IMG/VR virus record: IMGVR_UViG_3300025132_000038
Location: 1-60,119 of that record
Origin: a virus
Taxonomy: Duplodnaviria > Caudoviricetes
Length of the DNA stretch: 60,119 bases
Direction: 5' to 3' (one strand)
The notes below the pieces were generated by a model. It saw only the letters and a program-made list of their open reading frames with translations, was not told the origin of the DNA and did no database searches. This document shows positions 27,691 to 38,449 of the stretch, in pieces (the first letter of the stretch is position 1; each line of letters opens with the position of its first letter). Made by a program: the position numbers and the translations under genes.

Positions 27691-29037
27691 TTAATTATTA
27701 CAAACTATTATATTAGTTATTATTCCATTATCATCAATCTGTATTAAAGCAGAGGTGTCCTGAGGTGCCTGCCCCCAATTTACAAGCCCATTATTTAACT
27801 TAAGAGTTATGTTCGCATTAGGCCCTCCTGTTACTAAATTTACTTTATACCATTCATACTTAGTAGCACCACCCTCATTCCATCTCACATCCCCCACCGC
27901 AGGGTATTGTTGTTTATAAGCAAAAGAATTTACAGCTAACACTCCATTCCCAAATAAAGCATTTTGTTGGTTAGTATTAAGACTTGGAGTATTCAACACA
28001 TTCCCAAGTGCATTGTTATATAAACTAATTTGATAAAGTATATTAGGGTATACTCCAGGTGTCCCATCCGTGCACGCAGGCACAATGGCAGGGTCATTAG
28101 TAGCTAAAATCAAATCACTCATTTCAAAAGGAGTTGGAACTTGAGGGCAAATAAATACAAAATTAAAACCTGTTCCACCTGCTACAACAGGTTCACCTGC
28201 AAACACTACGTCCACAACTTGGTTATACAAAGTAGTTTTTGGTATAGGTATAAAAAACCCTCCCACAGGCTCCCAGCAAGTTGGAACTATAGTGTTAGCT
28301 TGACAAGCACCATATTTATCTACACCTAAAAGACCCATTTGGGTAACAGTAGATAAATTAACCCCACTTGCACCACTATAACCCGTTAACTCAACAGTCA
28401 TATTACCTGTTGGTGACCCTAGTGGAGGAAATGAGTTTGTAGTATCATCCCAATCGTAAACATCAAAAGGAGAAGAAGTAACAGGGGTCCCCACAGGGTA
28501 TGTAGCACAATCCCATTGACCCGTACCACAACCCGTAACTCCCGTTACACCGGGGTAACTAGAGTTATAATAGGTTCCATTACCCACATATACTATGTGA
28601 TTTTCTAAAATATTAGCCACACTAGGATTATTATTGGAAGCGTATCCATATACTTGACTTGAGCCTTCAGCTATTATTGTACCTGAACCTGAAGGGAATC
28701 TTGCTACTATACCATCAGGTACAGAGAAAGGGTCTATCCCTACTAAAGCAACCCCTCGCGTGCTCCCTAAACCCACGCTTAATCTAAACATGTCTAACGA
28801 AGAACCCTCTTGGGGTGCTGTAATACCACATGCTACACTAGGAGGTGCACAGGTTGGGCAATCTAATACCGGACCTAACACACATTCAGTTCCATTATTG
28901 CTTAAATAACGTTGATTAACACCATTAGAGTAATATCCGTTAGGTGCACATATAGTTAAAGCGCTATCAATCCATACACCCGATGCTCCTATAAAAGTTT
29001 CAGCATTTAAATAATAAGGTCCAAATTGTACTGCCAT
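27691..29037 (-). CDS. Putative tail/receptor-binding structural protein
   Basis: Cys/Gly/Pro-rich beta protein; APNGYYS, CPTC, SVPDG, IDDNGIIT..C. Confidence 0.6.
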   Translation of the reverse strand: MAVQFGPYYLNAETFIGASGVWIDSALTICAPNGYYSNGVNQRYLSNNGTECVLGPVLDCPTCAPPSVACGITAPQEGSSLDMFRLSVGLGSTRGVALVGIDPFSVPDGIVARFPSGSGTIIAEGSSQVYGYASNNNPSVANILENHIVYVGNGTYYNSSYPGVTGVTGCGTGQWDCATYPVGTPVTSSPFDVYDWDDTTNSFPPLGSPTGNMTVELTGYSGASGVNLSTVTQMGLLGVDKYGACQANTIVPTCWEPVGGFFIPIPKTTLYNQVVDVVFAGEPVVAGGTGFNFVFICPQVPTPFEMSDLILATNDPAIVPACTDGTPGVYPNILYQISLYNNALGNVLNTPSLNTNQQNALFGNGVLAVNSFAYKQQYPAVGDVRWNEGGATKYEWYKVNLVTGGPNANITLKLNNGLVNWGQAPQDTSALIQIDDNGIITNIIVCNN

Positions 29038-29064
29038 AATATTTTTATTTAATTATTTTTTATA

Positions 29065-32000
29065 TTATCCATTAATTACTACATCATCTGTGTTACAATT
29101 ACACTCATCTACCGTTATATCTACAAACGGTTCATATCCCGCTTGAACCATAGGCGTAGGTGGTGATGCCGTTCCTAACACGCATATACTGTAAAACAAT
29201 CCGGGTTGTAAACTCAAAGTTACTAAAATATTACTCATGTCATAATAAGTTACTGATATTAAAGCTCCACCACCATCTTGAGTAGCTGAGGTCGTTAGAG
29301 TATATAAGGTATTAACCCCCGCATTACAAGCACACTCACAACATAGTTCCTCAACCACCGATGGGTCTTCTCCTGCAGTAGGAATGTGACATAAATTCAT
29401 TTCCTTTACCACCCTGTAATCATATATTAAAACTAATTCATCTGCCCAACCCGGTACACCTATCGGTGCAGGCATAGCGGCTGTGATACTATTAGTAAGA
29501 GCACTCGCTGTTGTTTGTGGTACATTTAAAGCCGGAAAAGTAGCGGTAGCTAGTATGCTGTTTATATCAGCTAAAGTACTACAACCCCACAATAGTGCGG
29601 AAGTTATTCTATTATATCCCAACTTATGATAGGTTGGGTTAAAAACAAAATCATCCGTTGCAAATACCTGTGTAGATTTAACAGAAAAAATCCCTGTGTC
29701 CGTAGGAAAAGGCCCTTGTCCCTGAAAACCACTTTCGACATCACATAAAGAAACTGAAAAACTTCCATTAGGAGCAATTATACTATTTACCATGTTTTGT
29801 AACGCATCGGGAGTTGTACTGTTATCCGGAAATACGGGAGAGGTATAACCCCCTTCTACATATTGAATTTGGTCATGAACTCTTTGAGGAGATGGTAAAC
29901 TATATTGGGGTGAGTTTAATACTATCCTTCTAATCTTTAAAGGTGTTGGAACAACGCAAAAAGCCACGAAAGTTACAGTTAATTCTGTAGCCGACTGTAA
30001 GGTTACTGTGGCTGTGTTTGGATTTTGACTCCCTTTAGTAAACTGAAGAAAATTAGTTCCCGCAGCACCCACGGTAACCCCATCATACTCCACTGTTATA
30101 AGGTCCATAATTTCTACGGTTTCAATAGTAGCTGTACCAACGACATCACCAAAGTCTACACAAAAAGTAACGACATTTGTGTTAAATTGATACGTATATG
30201 TAGTATCACAATTAATACACGGCACATCTGATGGTAATAATATGTCTGAAGTATTTAAAACATATTCATTCATATAAGGGTCGTACCCTCCAAGTTTTAT
30301 ATCATTAGGTTCAGCAAGAAACATGTCCCTAAACCAACTTCTCATCCCATACTCTGAGATAACCTCTAATGATTCTGTACTATGACTACCCCCTGTTAGT
30401 TTTATTACTGCACCTCTTTTTGCATCTGTAAAATATTTCTCATGACCATATTCTGCGTAACTCTCAGGGTTTCTACTTATACCATATTCTTCTAACCTTG
30501 CTATTTGAGTCCCTAATACTGTAGGAGTAGCAGTTACCGCACCACCTCCCGTAGAATCAGAAAGTAAGTTTTTACCTGATAACACATAAGATATTTTATC
30601 TTCTTGTAAAACTAAAATATCACTTTTTCTTCCTACTAATTTTTCCACCGGCCCGAAAGAATCTTCTAAAGGTTTAAAGTTTAGAAGACCTAAATTAAAT
30701 TCGTTTAATTTATTAACGTTACTAAAGTCATTATAGACACCACTATAAGTTAAATCAGCATATCTATGAGCTCTCCCATAATCTTGTGAGGCTGTAGCCG
30801 TTACTCTATTACCTAAATTAAAAGAATCTCCTTTCACAGAGTCTCTAATAGTATAACTTTCACAACCATTACCAAACGCGTAACAGTTAAAATTACTTAA
30901 CAGTACTTGAGCAGAAACACCTGCTGCAATATCTTGGTTTACATCACCCGGAGAAGTTCCTGATTTGTGATTACCATTAGCCCCTATATCATAATTATCT
31001 GCACCTTCATACCATAAATCAGGAAACCCTTGTGCAGGCATTGTTTCAAATATCAATAAGTTAACCGCTCTAAAAATAGTAATTTCCCCTTCTACTCTTG
31101 ACCAACATTTATTACAATTACCACATGAGTTTGAACCTCTTATTAAAAATTTTATTAAATTACCACCATCTCTCGCCCATTGCCATGCGTTTACACATGT
31201 TTGACCAAATCCGTTTAAAGCCATGAAGTTGTTAGCCTCAGGGTATATGTAAGTATTTGACACATCACACTGAGAGTCGTTTCCTATAAATTGATACCCT
31301 GTGTTTTGCTCAATAATATCTCCTATATTTTCTGAATCAAACCAATCTATTACATCAGCATAAGTATTACCTACAATAAAATCATTAGGTTCATAATCGT
31401 ATTGTCTACGCTCACAACCTGAACCTCCTCCTCCCCATTTACCGGGTCTGTAAAATTTTATTTTCATACGTACCCTAGAGCCTGCAGGTAACTCCATAGG
31501 TGCACCCCACGTCGCCGTTGCATCATCCCATTCATTAAATGCACCATGTCCAAGCTTTAATACAGGCCAATTATCATTACCTGTTTTAGTTTTTGATTGC
31601 CAACCCGTAGTGGTTATAGCATCAGGGGGAACGTTTAAATCCATTCCACTTGCTTTAATTTTCATATAAACCCCACTTGGAGCATCTATTGAAGGGCCTC
31701 CAGGGTTGGCGGGGTCTAAAGGAACAACTATAAATCCTCTATCTTGCGCTTTCTTTTCTAATACTGTAATGTATTTACAACTATTAAGTGGTCCTGCCAT
31801 ATCTGACTTAACAATAAGACGACTTCCGTCTTCTACTTTTCTTGCATTTTCTCCGTCTAATAATATAAAAGCATCCGCTGACCCGGGTTCTATAAAAACA
31901 ATATTTGCAAAAATTGTCTCATAAGTAGTCTCTGAAGGTTTAATAACAAACTTATAGCTTTGCGCCCACCATGGAGCTACTTGGGTAGGGGGAATGGTAA

Positions 32001-34026
32001 TTCTTATTCTATTTTGAACATCACTTTTACTACATCCAATATGTACCGCATTATTTAAACTTGTAAAGGCTGTAGTAGCTCTTTTAAAAGCATCCATGTA
32101 TACAATACCCGCTTCATAACCCCTGTTACTATGTAAACTTGGAGGGGCGGAAGAAGTAGTAAACCCTGCTCTAGTATTAATCATATTAACACCCGGGTTT
32201 GGTAAAGTAAAATCACCTATTTGAAAGTAAAGATAATATGCTATACTATCGTTATTAGTATCGTTAGGTAATTGAGAATATCTAATTCCGGGAAAAACAA
32301 AAGAGATTGTGTTACCTGCTGATAATACCTGAATCCCTTCTTGAACGCCACCCACGTTTACACCATAATCAGTTTTATATAAACCCATAGTATTTACAAA
32401 AGGAGCGACGGGAGCGTTATAAGGAGATAAGGTGGTGTTAAAACCTAGGGGCATAGCACTATTAAATCGGTCAGTAAATGTTTCTCCCGTAGCACAGGTG
32501 GCCATGGGTTGCGCTCCCGCTGACCCTACTGCTGCTAAAAAATTAGGATTTACAGCCAAATCAGCTACTCCGGCAAAATCTTGAGGTAAAGTGTACTCCC
32601 ATTCTACCGTCCATTGAGTGGGAGGGGGGACGGCTGTAAAAAGAGTAGGAGCAGGGTTTGTAGCCACAGTCCCACCCTGTATTGAAAGTGCGTAGTTATA
32701 AAACTCAACGGTAAAGTTAATTGTAGACCCTGAAGTTAAATTAGTCGCTATACTACTTAAATCTACTGTAAAAACCGACTCGGGAACAGTTGCAGGACTC
32801 ACCCCCACATTATAGGTATTAGTTACCCTACCCACTGCGGCATCTAAATCCACCTCTCCAATTTGAGTATGAACAGTAGTAGCCTCATACTCTATCTTAG
32901 TAGGTATGCCGTCTGCCCCTTCTGCACTTTTTAAATCATAATTTTCTATATAATTTCCATAAACCAATCTGTTGCCCATTAAAGTTTGAGCTTGTGCAAA
33001 TCTTGGCACGTTGTCATAAAGTCTTAATATTTCTGAATCAGGTAATACGGTAAGTATTTGACTTGTGTTAAATTGTCTACTAATAAAAACGTTATCACCA
33101 TAATTACCCTCTTTAGTTATTCTCTCCATCACCTTTATTATACCATTATCATTGTCTTTCCATAATAACTCTATCCCTTTTACTAACGGACCGCCTGTTG
33201 AAAAGGTTACCGTTGCGACATTATTTTTATTTATCATCCCCTCATTTAAAAAACTTTGAGGGCTAAACGCAAATATTTTAGGTAAAAAAGCCGGAGCACT
33301 AAACTGAGAGGTTGCTGAAAATTCTCCATCTTCATACCTATATCTATAAGCAAATGAAACAAACCTTTCCTCTAAGAAATTAAACTCCTCTGACCCTGCT
33401 GTTAAAGAAACCTGAGGAGAGTTAGTAGGTGGTTTTTTAATAACTCTAATTTCTTCAGCAGAAAAATTATCACTACTCATAATAACGCCGGCAGAAATAG
33501 TGGGAGCACTATAGCCTCGGGTAACATTTATTACTCTAGGAGGATTTAAATTATCTGTCCAAAACAATAAATCATCTACTAAATTACATCCTGTTATTAA
33601 ATGTCTTTCATTAAAATTTAAAGTACTTTGCCCTGACACACCTTCTTGCACACTAATTAGGTGATATGAAACTTGACCTGTATTAGAATTGTAAGAAACT
33701 ACTAAATCTAAAATAGTAGTAAGCAGGGGAGACCCTACTCCTTGTCCTGTCCACGCAGGGTCATGCACAAACCAATAGATAGTTTCTGAAGCATCATCTG
33801 AAATAGCCCCAATACATCGTGCTGAATCGGATAAAACTGTACCATTAAAACTTAGTATAGTTATTTTAGAATTACCTTTGGTTAACTCAATAGCGCCTAT
33901 CTCAGATGCTTCTGTAGAGCCTAATCTTAAATTTTGAGCATCTATATATTCTCCTGGTGGAAGTAAACGTTCGTCTACCACCTTATTCATTTTTCCTGCC
34001 GCAAAGGTTCTTTTTATTTGTACCAT
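29065..34026 (-). CDS. Tail stabilisation (muzzle) protein, N-terminal portion with insertions
   Basis: GKMNK..DERL.P.GEY.DA.N, LFWTD..N.PR, FAYRY, GNRLVYGNY, LQEDK, YGIS.NPES, YFTD.KRG.V, GGYDPY..EY. Confidence 0.8.
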   Translation of the reverse strand: MVQIKRTFAAGKMNKVVDERLLPPGEYIDAQNLRLGSTEASEIGAIELTKGNSKITILSFNGTVLSDSARCIGAISDDASETIYWFVHDPAWTGQGVGSPLLTTILDLVVSYNSNTGQVSYHLISVQEGVSGQSTLNFNERHLITGCNLVDDLLFWTDNLNPPRVINVTRGYSAPTISAGVIMSSDNFSAEEIRVIKKPPTNSPQVSLTAGSEEFNFLEERFVSFAYRYRYEDGEFSATSQFSAPAFLPKIFAFSPQSFLNEGMINKNNVATVTFSTGGPLVKGIELLWKDNDNGIIKVMERITKEGNYGDNVFISRQFNTSQILTVLPDSEILRLYDNVPRFAQAQTLMGNRLVYGNYIENYDLKSAEGADGIPTKIEYEATTVHTQIGEVDLDAAVGRVTNTYNVGVSPATVPESVFTVDLSSIATNLTSGSTINFTVEFYNYALSIQGGTVATNPAPTLFTAVPPPTQWTVEWEYTLPQDFAGVADLAVNPNFLAAVGSAGAQPMATCATGETFTDRFNSAMPLGFNTTLSPYNAPVAPFVNTMGLYKTDYGVNVGGVQEGIQVLSAGNTISFVFPGIRYSQLPNDTNNDSIAYYLYFQIGDFTLPNPGVNMINTRAGFTTSSAPPSLHSNRGYEAGIVYMDAFKRATTAFTSLNNAVHIGCSKSDVQNRIRITIPPTQVAPWWAQSYKFVIKPSETTYETIFANIVFIEPGSADAFILLDGENARKVEDGSRLIVKSDMAGPLNSCKYITVLEKKAQDRGFIVVPLDPANPGGPSIDAPSGVYMKIKASGMDLNVPPDAITTTGWQSKTKTGNDNWPVLKLGHGAFNEWDDATATWGAPMELPAGSRVRMKIKFYRPGKWGGGGSGCERRQYDYEPNDFIVGNTYADVIDWFDSENIGDIIEQNTGYQFIGNDSQCDVSNTYIYPEANNFMALNGFGQTCVNAWQWARDGGNLIKFLIRGSNSCGNCNKCWSRVEGEITIFRAVNLLIFETMPAQGFPDLWYEGADNYDIGANGNHKSGTSPGDVNQDIAAGVSAQVLLSNFNCYAFGNGCESYTIRDSVKGDSFNLGNRVTATASQDYGRAHRYADLTYSGVYNDFSNVNKLNEFNLGLLNFKPLEDSFGPVEKLVGRKSDILVLQEDKISYVLSGKNLLSDSTGGGAVTATPTVLGTQIARLEEYGISRNPESYAEYGHEKYFTDAKRGAVIKLTGGSHSTESLEVISEYGMRSWFRDMFLAEPNDIKLGGYDPYMNEYVLNTSDILLPSDVPCINCDTTYTYQFNTNVVTFCVDFGDVVGTATIETVEIMDLITVEYDGVTVGAAGTNFLQFTKGSQNPNTATVTLQSATELTVTFVAFCVVPTPLKIRRIVLNSPQYSLPSPQRVHDQIQYVEGGYTSPVFPDNSTTPDALQNMVNSIIAPNGSFSVSLCDVESGFQGQGPFPTDTGIFSVKSTQVFATDDFVFNPTYHKLGYNRITSALLWGCSTLADINSILATATFPALNVPQTTASALTNSITAAMPAPIGVPGWADELVLIYDYRVVKEMNLCHIPTAGEDPSVVEELCCECACNAGVNTLYTLTTSATQDGGGALISVTYYDMSNILVTLSLQPGLFYSICVLGTASPPTPMVQAGYEPFVDITVDECNCNTDDVVING

Positions 34027-34949
34027 TACTTAATCCATTTATCCCTTCCTCTTAAGTTCATTAAGAGTCTTCCAGGATGTATATTACTTAATCTTATTTT
34101 CGCATTTCGTAACAAAGAACTTTTATTTTTTTTAGCTCTTGATACTATGTATTCTTGCACCCCAAATTTACTAGATAAAATAGCATAATTAATGTACGCA
34201 TATATATAATCTTCAAATAATTTATTAACTGAAATGTTTGCATCTACACCACCTTCCATTCCATCAGAAACGTATTCTAAAACACATTGTTGGTTTATCA
34301 TAGTAGAGTCAAAATTAATAACTCCAGATTTTTTATCAATTCTAAAAGTAGGATTTCTATTTGCTGTTTCGGTATTTAAACCAAAGCGTGAACCAATAGT
34401 ATAATCAAAATACCAATTCCCCTCCCAATAGTATCCTTCTTGCCCATTAAAAGGACTGTTAGAATTAAGGTAAATACTTTTTTTTGTTCCTGCAATTCTA
34501 TCTAAATCTAAAGGAGAGAATTGAGGACTCAATATATTACCGTCTTGGTCATACAACCAATTTCCATTATTATCTTTTAAATATGCTAAAGCCGTATTCG
34601 CTTGTATATTTTCCGTTAAAGGCATTAGGCTCCCATTTTTATATAAAGATACTCTAACCCAATTAACATAATCAGGAGGAAGTATCATAAGTGCTTGCGC
34701 ATTAATCTCTACCTGAAGTATTTTTATTTCTCTAAAAGCATCATAATTTAACTCTTGTATTCCACGCTTTGCGTGAAACAACACCTTATATCTTTCTTCG
34801 TTTGAAACAAGAGTATCGTTATCATTATAAATTAACATAAAATTATTAACAACATCATAAAGACTAACATACTGATAAGACCCCCAATTTAAATCTGTGG
34901 GAACAGTTCCGTTGTTTTCATAATATTGTAAGTTCGATATATATGTCAT
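34026..34949 (-). CDS. Virion structural protein (head-tail connector/ring-like)
   Basis: HAKRGIQELNYD, LPPDYVNWVR, LEYVSDG; position in the module. Confidence 0.7.
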   Translation of the reverse strand: MTYISNLQYYENNGTVPTDLNWGSYQYVSLYDVVNNFMLIYNDNDTLVSNEERYKVLFHAKRGIQELNYDAFREIKILQVEINAQALMILPPDYVNWVRVSLYKNGSLMPLTENIQANTALAYLKDNNGNWLYDQDGNILSPQFSPLDLDRIAGTKKSIYLNSNSPFNGQEGYYWEGNWYFDYTIGSRFGLNTETANRNPTFRIDKKSGVINFDSTMINQQCVLEYVSDGMEGGVDANISVNKLFEDYIYAYINYAILSSKFGVQEYIVSRAKKNKSSLLRNAKIRLSNIHPGRLLMNLRGRDKWIK

Positions 34950-34951
34950 AA

Positions 34952-36031
34952 TTATTTACCTTTATGTTCAGAGGATTCAGCACCCTCTAAAGATTGTCCG
35001 TATTGTACTGCGTTAACTTCTCTTATAGTTAAACCTCCATATTGTAATATTCTAGCCACTAAATCTTGAAAATTATCTTGAGGTAATTCAAAATCTTGAT
35101 AATCAGGTTGAGATTGATTAAATATAGGTCTTCCCCCTGTTGACCCTGAATAAGTCCAATTTGGGGTTTTAGGATACCTAATGTATTGACAAAAAACCAT
35201 ACCTGTTTCATTAATAATTTCCATAGGATATATTTCCGCAGTTTGATTACCCGTGTCTTTATTTCCTCTTAAAACATAAGCGGGCCACTGTGTGCTTGGC
35301 GCGGTTAAATTAGAAGTGCTAAGATTAAATATTCTTTTTTGACTAACTTTTTCTATCTCTATCAACCCTTTTTTAGAAAATATTTTAAAAGAAGGAAAAT
35401 CTGTCCCCACTTTCCAAATAAACTGTGTTGTGCTATAAAAAGCGGTTAGAGGATTTTGTTCAATAGACATTATTTGGGAAACAGGATATTCCGTCACCCC
35501 TGCATCTGCTGCGTTAGTCGTTAAAAGATTCACCACATAATCACCAACCTGGGGTGTAGGTAAATTTGGCCCCCAACCAAAAACTCCTCCATAATAATTT
35601 CCTTTGTTAGGAAAATCAGCGGGTAAAGTAGTACCGAAAGAACCATTTATATTATACGTCATGGTAGGTAAATAAAACAATTTATTTATAAGATAATAAT
35701 CATAAGGTAAGCTATATAAATTATTTACCGCGGCACTGTTGGCATTTTCTGTCCAATTTGCATTAAGGGGTTGAAGACTTTGATTAGTTAAACCTACCGT
35801 ATTAGAAAATATAGCAATAGTTTCTTCAATTCCTTTTGCAATATCAGGATACCCCGTATCGGAACGCCTGCCCGCACGTTTAGTTATTTGTAAATTATAG
35901 TCCATAAACAAATCCTCAAAAATATCTAACTGCGCTTGATATGCAAACAAGTTAAACTCTTGAGGAGTCATATATCCATAATTATTTTTGTTTAGCAACG
36001 CTAAACACATTTGGTACACTTCGTTTATCAT
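34952..36031 (-). CDS. Virion structural protein (tail tubular/ring-like)
   Basis: NKNNYGY.TP.EFN.FA..AQ, LP.DYY, YIRYP..P.W, DFELP. Confidence 0.7.
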   Translation of the reverse strand: MINEVYQMCLALLNKNNYGYMTPQEFNLFAYQAQLDIFEDLFMDYNLQITKRAGRRSDTGYPDIAKGIEETIAIFSNTVGLTNQSLQPLNANWTENANSAAVNNLYSLPYDYYLINKLFYLPTMTYNINGSFGTTLPADFPNKGNYYGGVFGWGPNLPTPQVGDYVVNLLTTNAADAGVTEYPVSQIMSIEQNPLTAFYSTTQFIWKVGTDFPSFKIFSKKGLIEIEKVSQKRIFNLSTSNLTAPSTQWPAYVLRGNKDTGNQTAEIYPMEIINETGMVFCQYIRYPKTPNWTYSGSTGGRPIFNQSQPDYQDFELPQDNFQDLVARILQYGGLTIREVNAVQYGQSLEGAESSEHKGK

Positions 36032-36036
36032 AACTA

Positions 36037-36044
36037 CAAAGATA
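36037..36044 (-). promoter_or_regulatory. Bacteroidota -7 element TATCTTTG
   Basis: 5 nt upstream of ATG 36031. Confidence 0.55.
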
Positions 36045-36070
36045 CTAAAAAAAAAGTGGTAAGGTTGTTT

Positions 36071-36424
36071 TTAGAAAGCCTTCACTAATACAGCCGAAAC
36101 ATATATAGGTGGCGGTGGTACAGGAGGATTTAGTAAAGTAACGGGAATTTCTACATCGTAGGTCACGGTTGCCGAGGAGTTACTTGACCTTGCAAGATTT
36201 ATAGCTCTTTTAAACCCATTTATTACTCTATGAGCAGGGTCAGCGCCATGTAGAAGCTCTATCTGTGTTCTTCCGTTGTACCATATTGTCAATTTAGTAG
36301 CAGAATTTCTTTCAACCCATAGCAAACCATCTACAGGGATAGACTCTAACTGATTAGGGTTTATAGCATGAGTAGCTGTATCCCAATAATAAAAAGAAAT
36401 AGTTTTTATGTTTGATGAAACCAT
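36071..36424 (-). CDS. Putative virion protein (paralog of 37282-37614)
   Basis: Shared pattern T.I.Y...H...I..A. Confidence 0.65.
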   Translation of the reverse strand: MVSSNIKTISFYYWDTATHAINPNQLESIPVDGLLWVERNSATKLTIWYNGRTQIELLHGADPAHRVINGFKRAINLARSSNSSATVTYDVEIPVTLLNPPVPPPPIYVSAVLVKAF

Positions 36425-36428
36425 AATG

Positions 36429-36436
36429 CAAAGATA
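36429..36436 (-). promoter_or_regulatory. Bacteroidota -7 element TATCTTTG
   Basis: Immediately after a terminator, 4 nt before ATG 36424. Confidence 0.5.
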
Positions 36437-36463
36437 ATAAAAAAAGGGGACTAGTGTCCCCTT
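36437..36463 (-). terminator. Intrinsic terminator identical to the one at 807-833
   Basis: Minus strand reads AAGGGGACACTAGTCCCCTTTTTTTAT. Confidence 0.85.
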
Positions 36464-36485
36464 CTTTACCTAAGTAGCGATTTAC

Positions 36486-37277
36486 TTAACTCCATGTAAA
36501 AGTTCCTCCCCACTGAACTCCTTGAGTTCCTGATGAAGGATTTACAGGCATCTGCACTGAAACATCCGACCATCTACTTCTCCAAGCAGATAGTGCTACT
36601 TCACTAAATTTAGTAAAATAAGCATCGTCCGTTACCGCATCACCCATAGCAATAGCCAATTTTTGACTTGTTGCACCTCTTTTGTAATGAATAGTTACCT
36701 CACCGTCAGCATCGTTACCTCTAATTTCAGTTACTTTATCTAAGCAAACTTGGTATTGACCGTGTTCACTATTATCTGATAAAATAAAAAAATCGTCACC
36801 TACAATAATTCCTGCAGGATGGTCAATCAAAAGTTCTGTATTGCTAACTACTTTTGTGATAGTGTAATTAAGGTTTGTAGTTGTGTTACAAACTGTGTTA
36901 CCTATTGTAACGTTTGCTCCAAAACCTGCTGCCGATAAATCACACTTAAAAGCATTTGCTGCCGCAATAATACTGTAAGCCGTTCCTGAAGCGGAAAGAC
37001 CTCCTGTACCTGTTGCAGGAACAGCCGAGCCTTGAATACTTAAAACTGTATCACTATCTACTGCTGTTACTATAGCATACGTACGAACTGTATAACTTCC
37101 CGCTGCAGTTGTAATAACTGCATAGTCACCCACATTCACTGTAGTAAGAAAATTTTGTCCTGCTTCGGTTAATTTACCCGCAGTCGCCGCACTTGTTGTA
37201 CCTGAGTCCGCTACAGCCGCATTTGTTGCAGTTGAACCTGGATACAATTTTTGTGGCACATTTATATACTTTGCCAT
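36486..37277 (-). CDS. Putative virion decoration/structural protein
   Basis: T/A/G-rich; two internal VGD...(I/V)T.V.S.T.L repeats. Confidence 0.7.
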   Translation of the reverse strand: MAKYINVPQKLYPGSTATNAAVADSGTTSAATAGKLTEAGQNFLTTVNVGDYAVITTAAGSYTVRTYAIVTAVDSDTVLSIQGSAVPATGTGGLSASGTAYSIIAAANAFKCDLSAAGFGANVTIGNTVCNTTTNLNYTITKVVSNTELLIDHPAGIIVGDDFFILSDNSEHGQYQVCLDKVTEIRGNDADGEVTIHYKRGATSQKLAIAMGDAVTDDAYFTKFSEVALSAWRSRWSDVSVQMPVNPSSGTQGVQWGGTFTWS

Positions 37278-37281
37278 AATA

Positions 37282-37614
37282 CTATGCTATTGCAATCGCA
37301 CTAATAGCCACCGCTCCTAAAGGAGTTGTACCTCCCGCAGGGTCTGCGCTAGTAGAAGGTGGTACGAAAGTAAATGCGACATCCGTCCATGGTGTAGTTA
37401 ATGATTCTGCAATTTGTGATTGTAATGAATCACGAAAAAAGTTTGCTAACACTGTTGTACCCACATCCGTGTGAGTAAAGGTAGCTGTGTTCCCACTATT
37501 GTAAGTAATAACTGTAGTTGTTCCATTGGAAACTGTAACCGCAATAACATCACTAGAACTTACATAGAAAGGATTCGTTTGTCCCGTTATAGGGACTGCT
37601 AAAAATTTGTCCAT
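37282..37614 (-). CDS. Putative virion structural protein
   Basis: T/S/A-rich 110 aa downstream of the capsid gene. Confidence 0.7.
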   Translation of the reverse strand: MDKFLAVPITGQTNPFYVSSSDVIAVTVSNGTTTVITYNSGNTATFTHTDVGTTVLANFFRDSLQSQIAESLTTPWTDVAFTFVPPSTSADPAGGTTPLGAVAISAIAIA

Positions 37615-37638
37615 TTGGTAAAAAAATTAAATGGTTAT

Positions 37639-37664
37639 GCGAGAATATTCTCGCTACAAAGATA
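37639..37664 (-). promoter_or_regulatory. -7 element TATCTTTG (37657-37664) followed by a perfect 16-bp palindrome GCGAGAATATTCTCGC (37639-37654)
   Basis: Read directly. Confidence 0.55.
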
Positions 37665-37666
37665 CA

Positions 37667-38407
37667 CTAATTTTTTAACGACTTTTCTAACAATTTAAAC
37701 GCTTGCTCTCCTTCTTCACTTTGTAAATATGAGCTTACAATATAAACTTCATCTTCACCCGCAGGAATAACCACCATTCTTTTTTTATTAGACTTAGTGT
37801 TAAAGTAAATATCTTTACCTTTTTTTACTATTATCCCATTATCAAAAAACGATTGTACTTGAGCAGTAAACTTTAATTGAGGGTCAGAAATAATATTTAA
37901 AAATTCAGCAGGTTCATTTCTTGCAAAAACTAAAACGTCTCTACGAATTTCTGCTGTAGATTTTTTAGAAACATTTCCAAATAAAACCCTACCCACTTCA
38001 ACTAATTGTTCTACGGATAAAGAACGAGCTTCAACTAAAGCGTCTACTTCTTGATTAAGAACTTCAACTATTTCTTCTGCGTCTTTTTCATTATCAATAA
38101 CCTCAAACATTTTTCCATTTAAAGGGTGTTTTTCTAAAAACTGTTGTAGTATTTGATTATTCTTTCTAACCTGTAATAAGCCGTCCTCAAAAATAATAGC
38201 TTCTAAAATAACGTTCTCATCTTGTTCGTCAACATAAATACTTTTTTGATTAGTAGAATACCTTAGTTCTCTATTAACTCCTGTTTCTTCATCAAAATGT
38301 AATATGGGAAATCTTTTGGTATGTCTTGTAGGTAACATGTAAGAAAGTGGTGTTGAGTCACCTAGTAACCTATAAGCTTTGTTTGTAAATTTTGCTGTTT
38401 TTTTCAT
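37667..38407 (-). CDS. Conserved hypothetical protein following the major capsid gene
   Basis: RELRY..NQKSI..DEQ, IIFEDG.L.V, LQ.FL..HP. Confidence 0.75.
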   Translation of the reverse strand: MKKTAKFTNKAYRLLGDSTPLSYMLPTRHTKRFPILHFDEETGVNRELRYSTNQKSIYVDEQDENVILEAIIFEDGLLQVRKNNQILQQFLEKHPLNGKMFEVIDNEKDAEEIVEVLNQEVDALVEARSLSVEQLVEVGRVLFGNVSKKSTAEIRRDVLVFARNEPAEFLNIISDPQLKFTAQVQSFFDNGIIVKKGKDIYFNTKSNKKRMVVIPAGEDEVYIVSSYLQSEEGEQAFKLLEKSLKN

Positions 38408-38449
38408 TTCAATTTAATTTAATATAATTTATAATTTAAAAAATAATAA

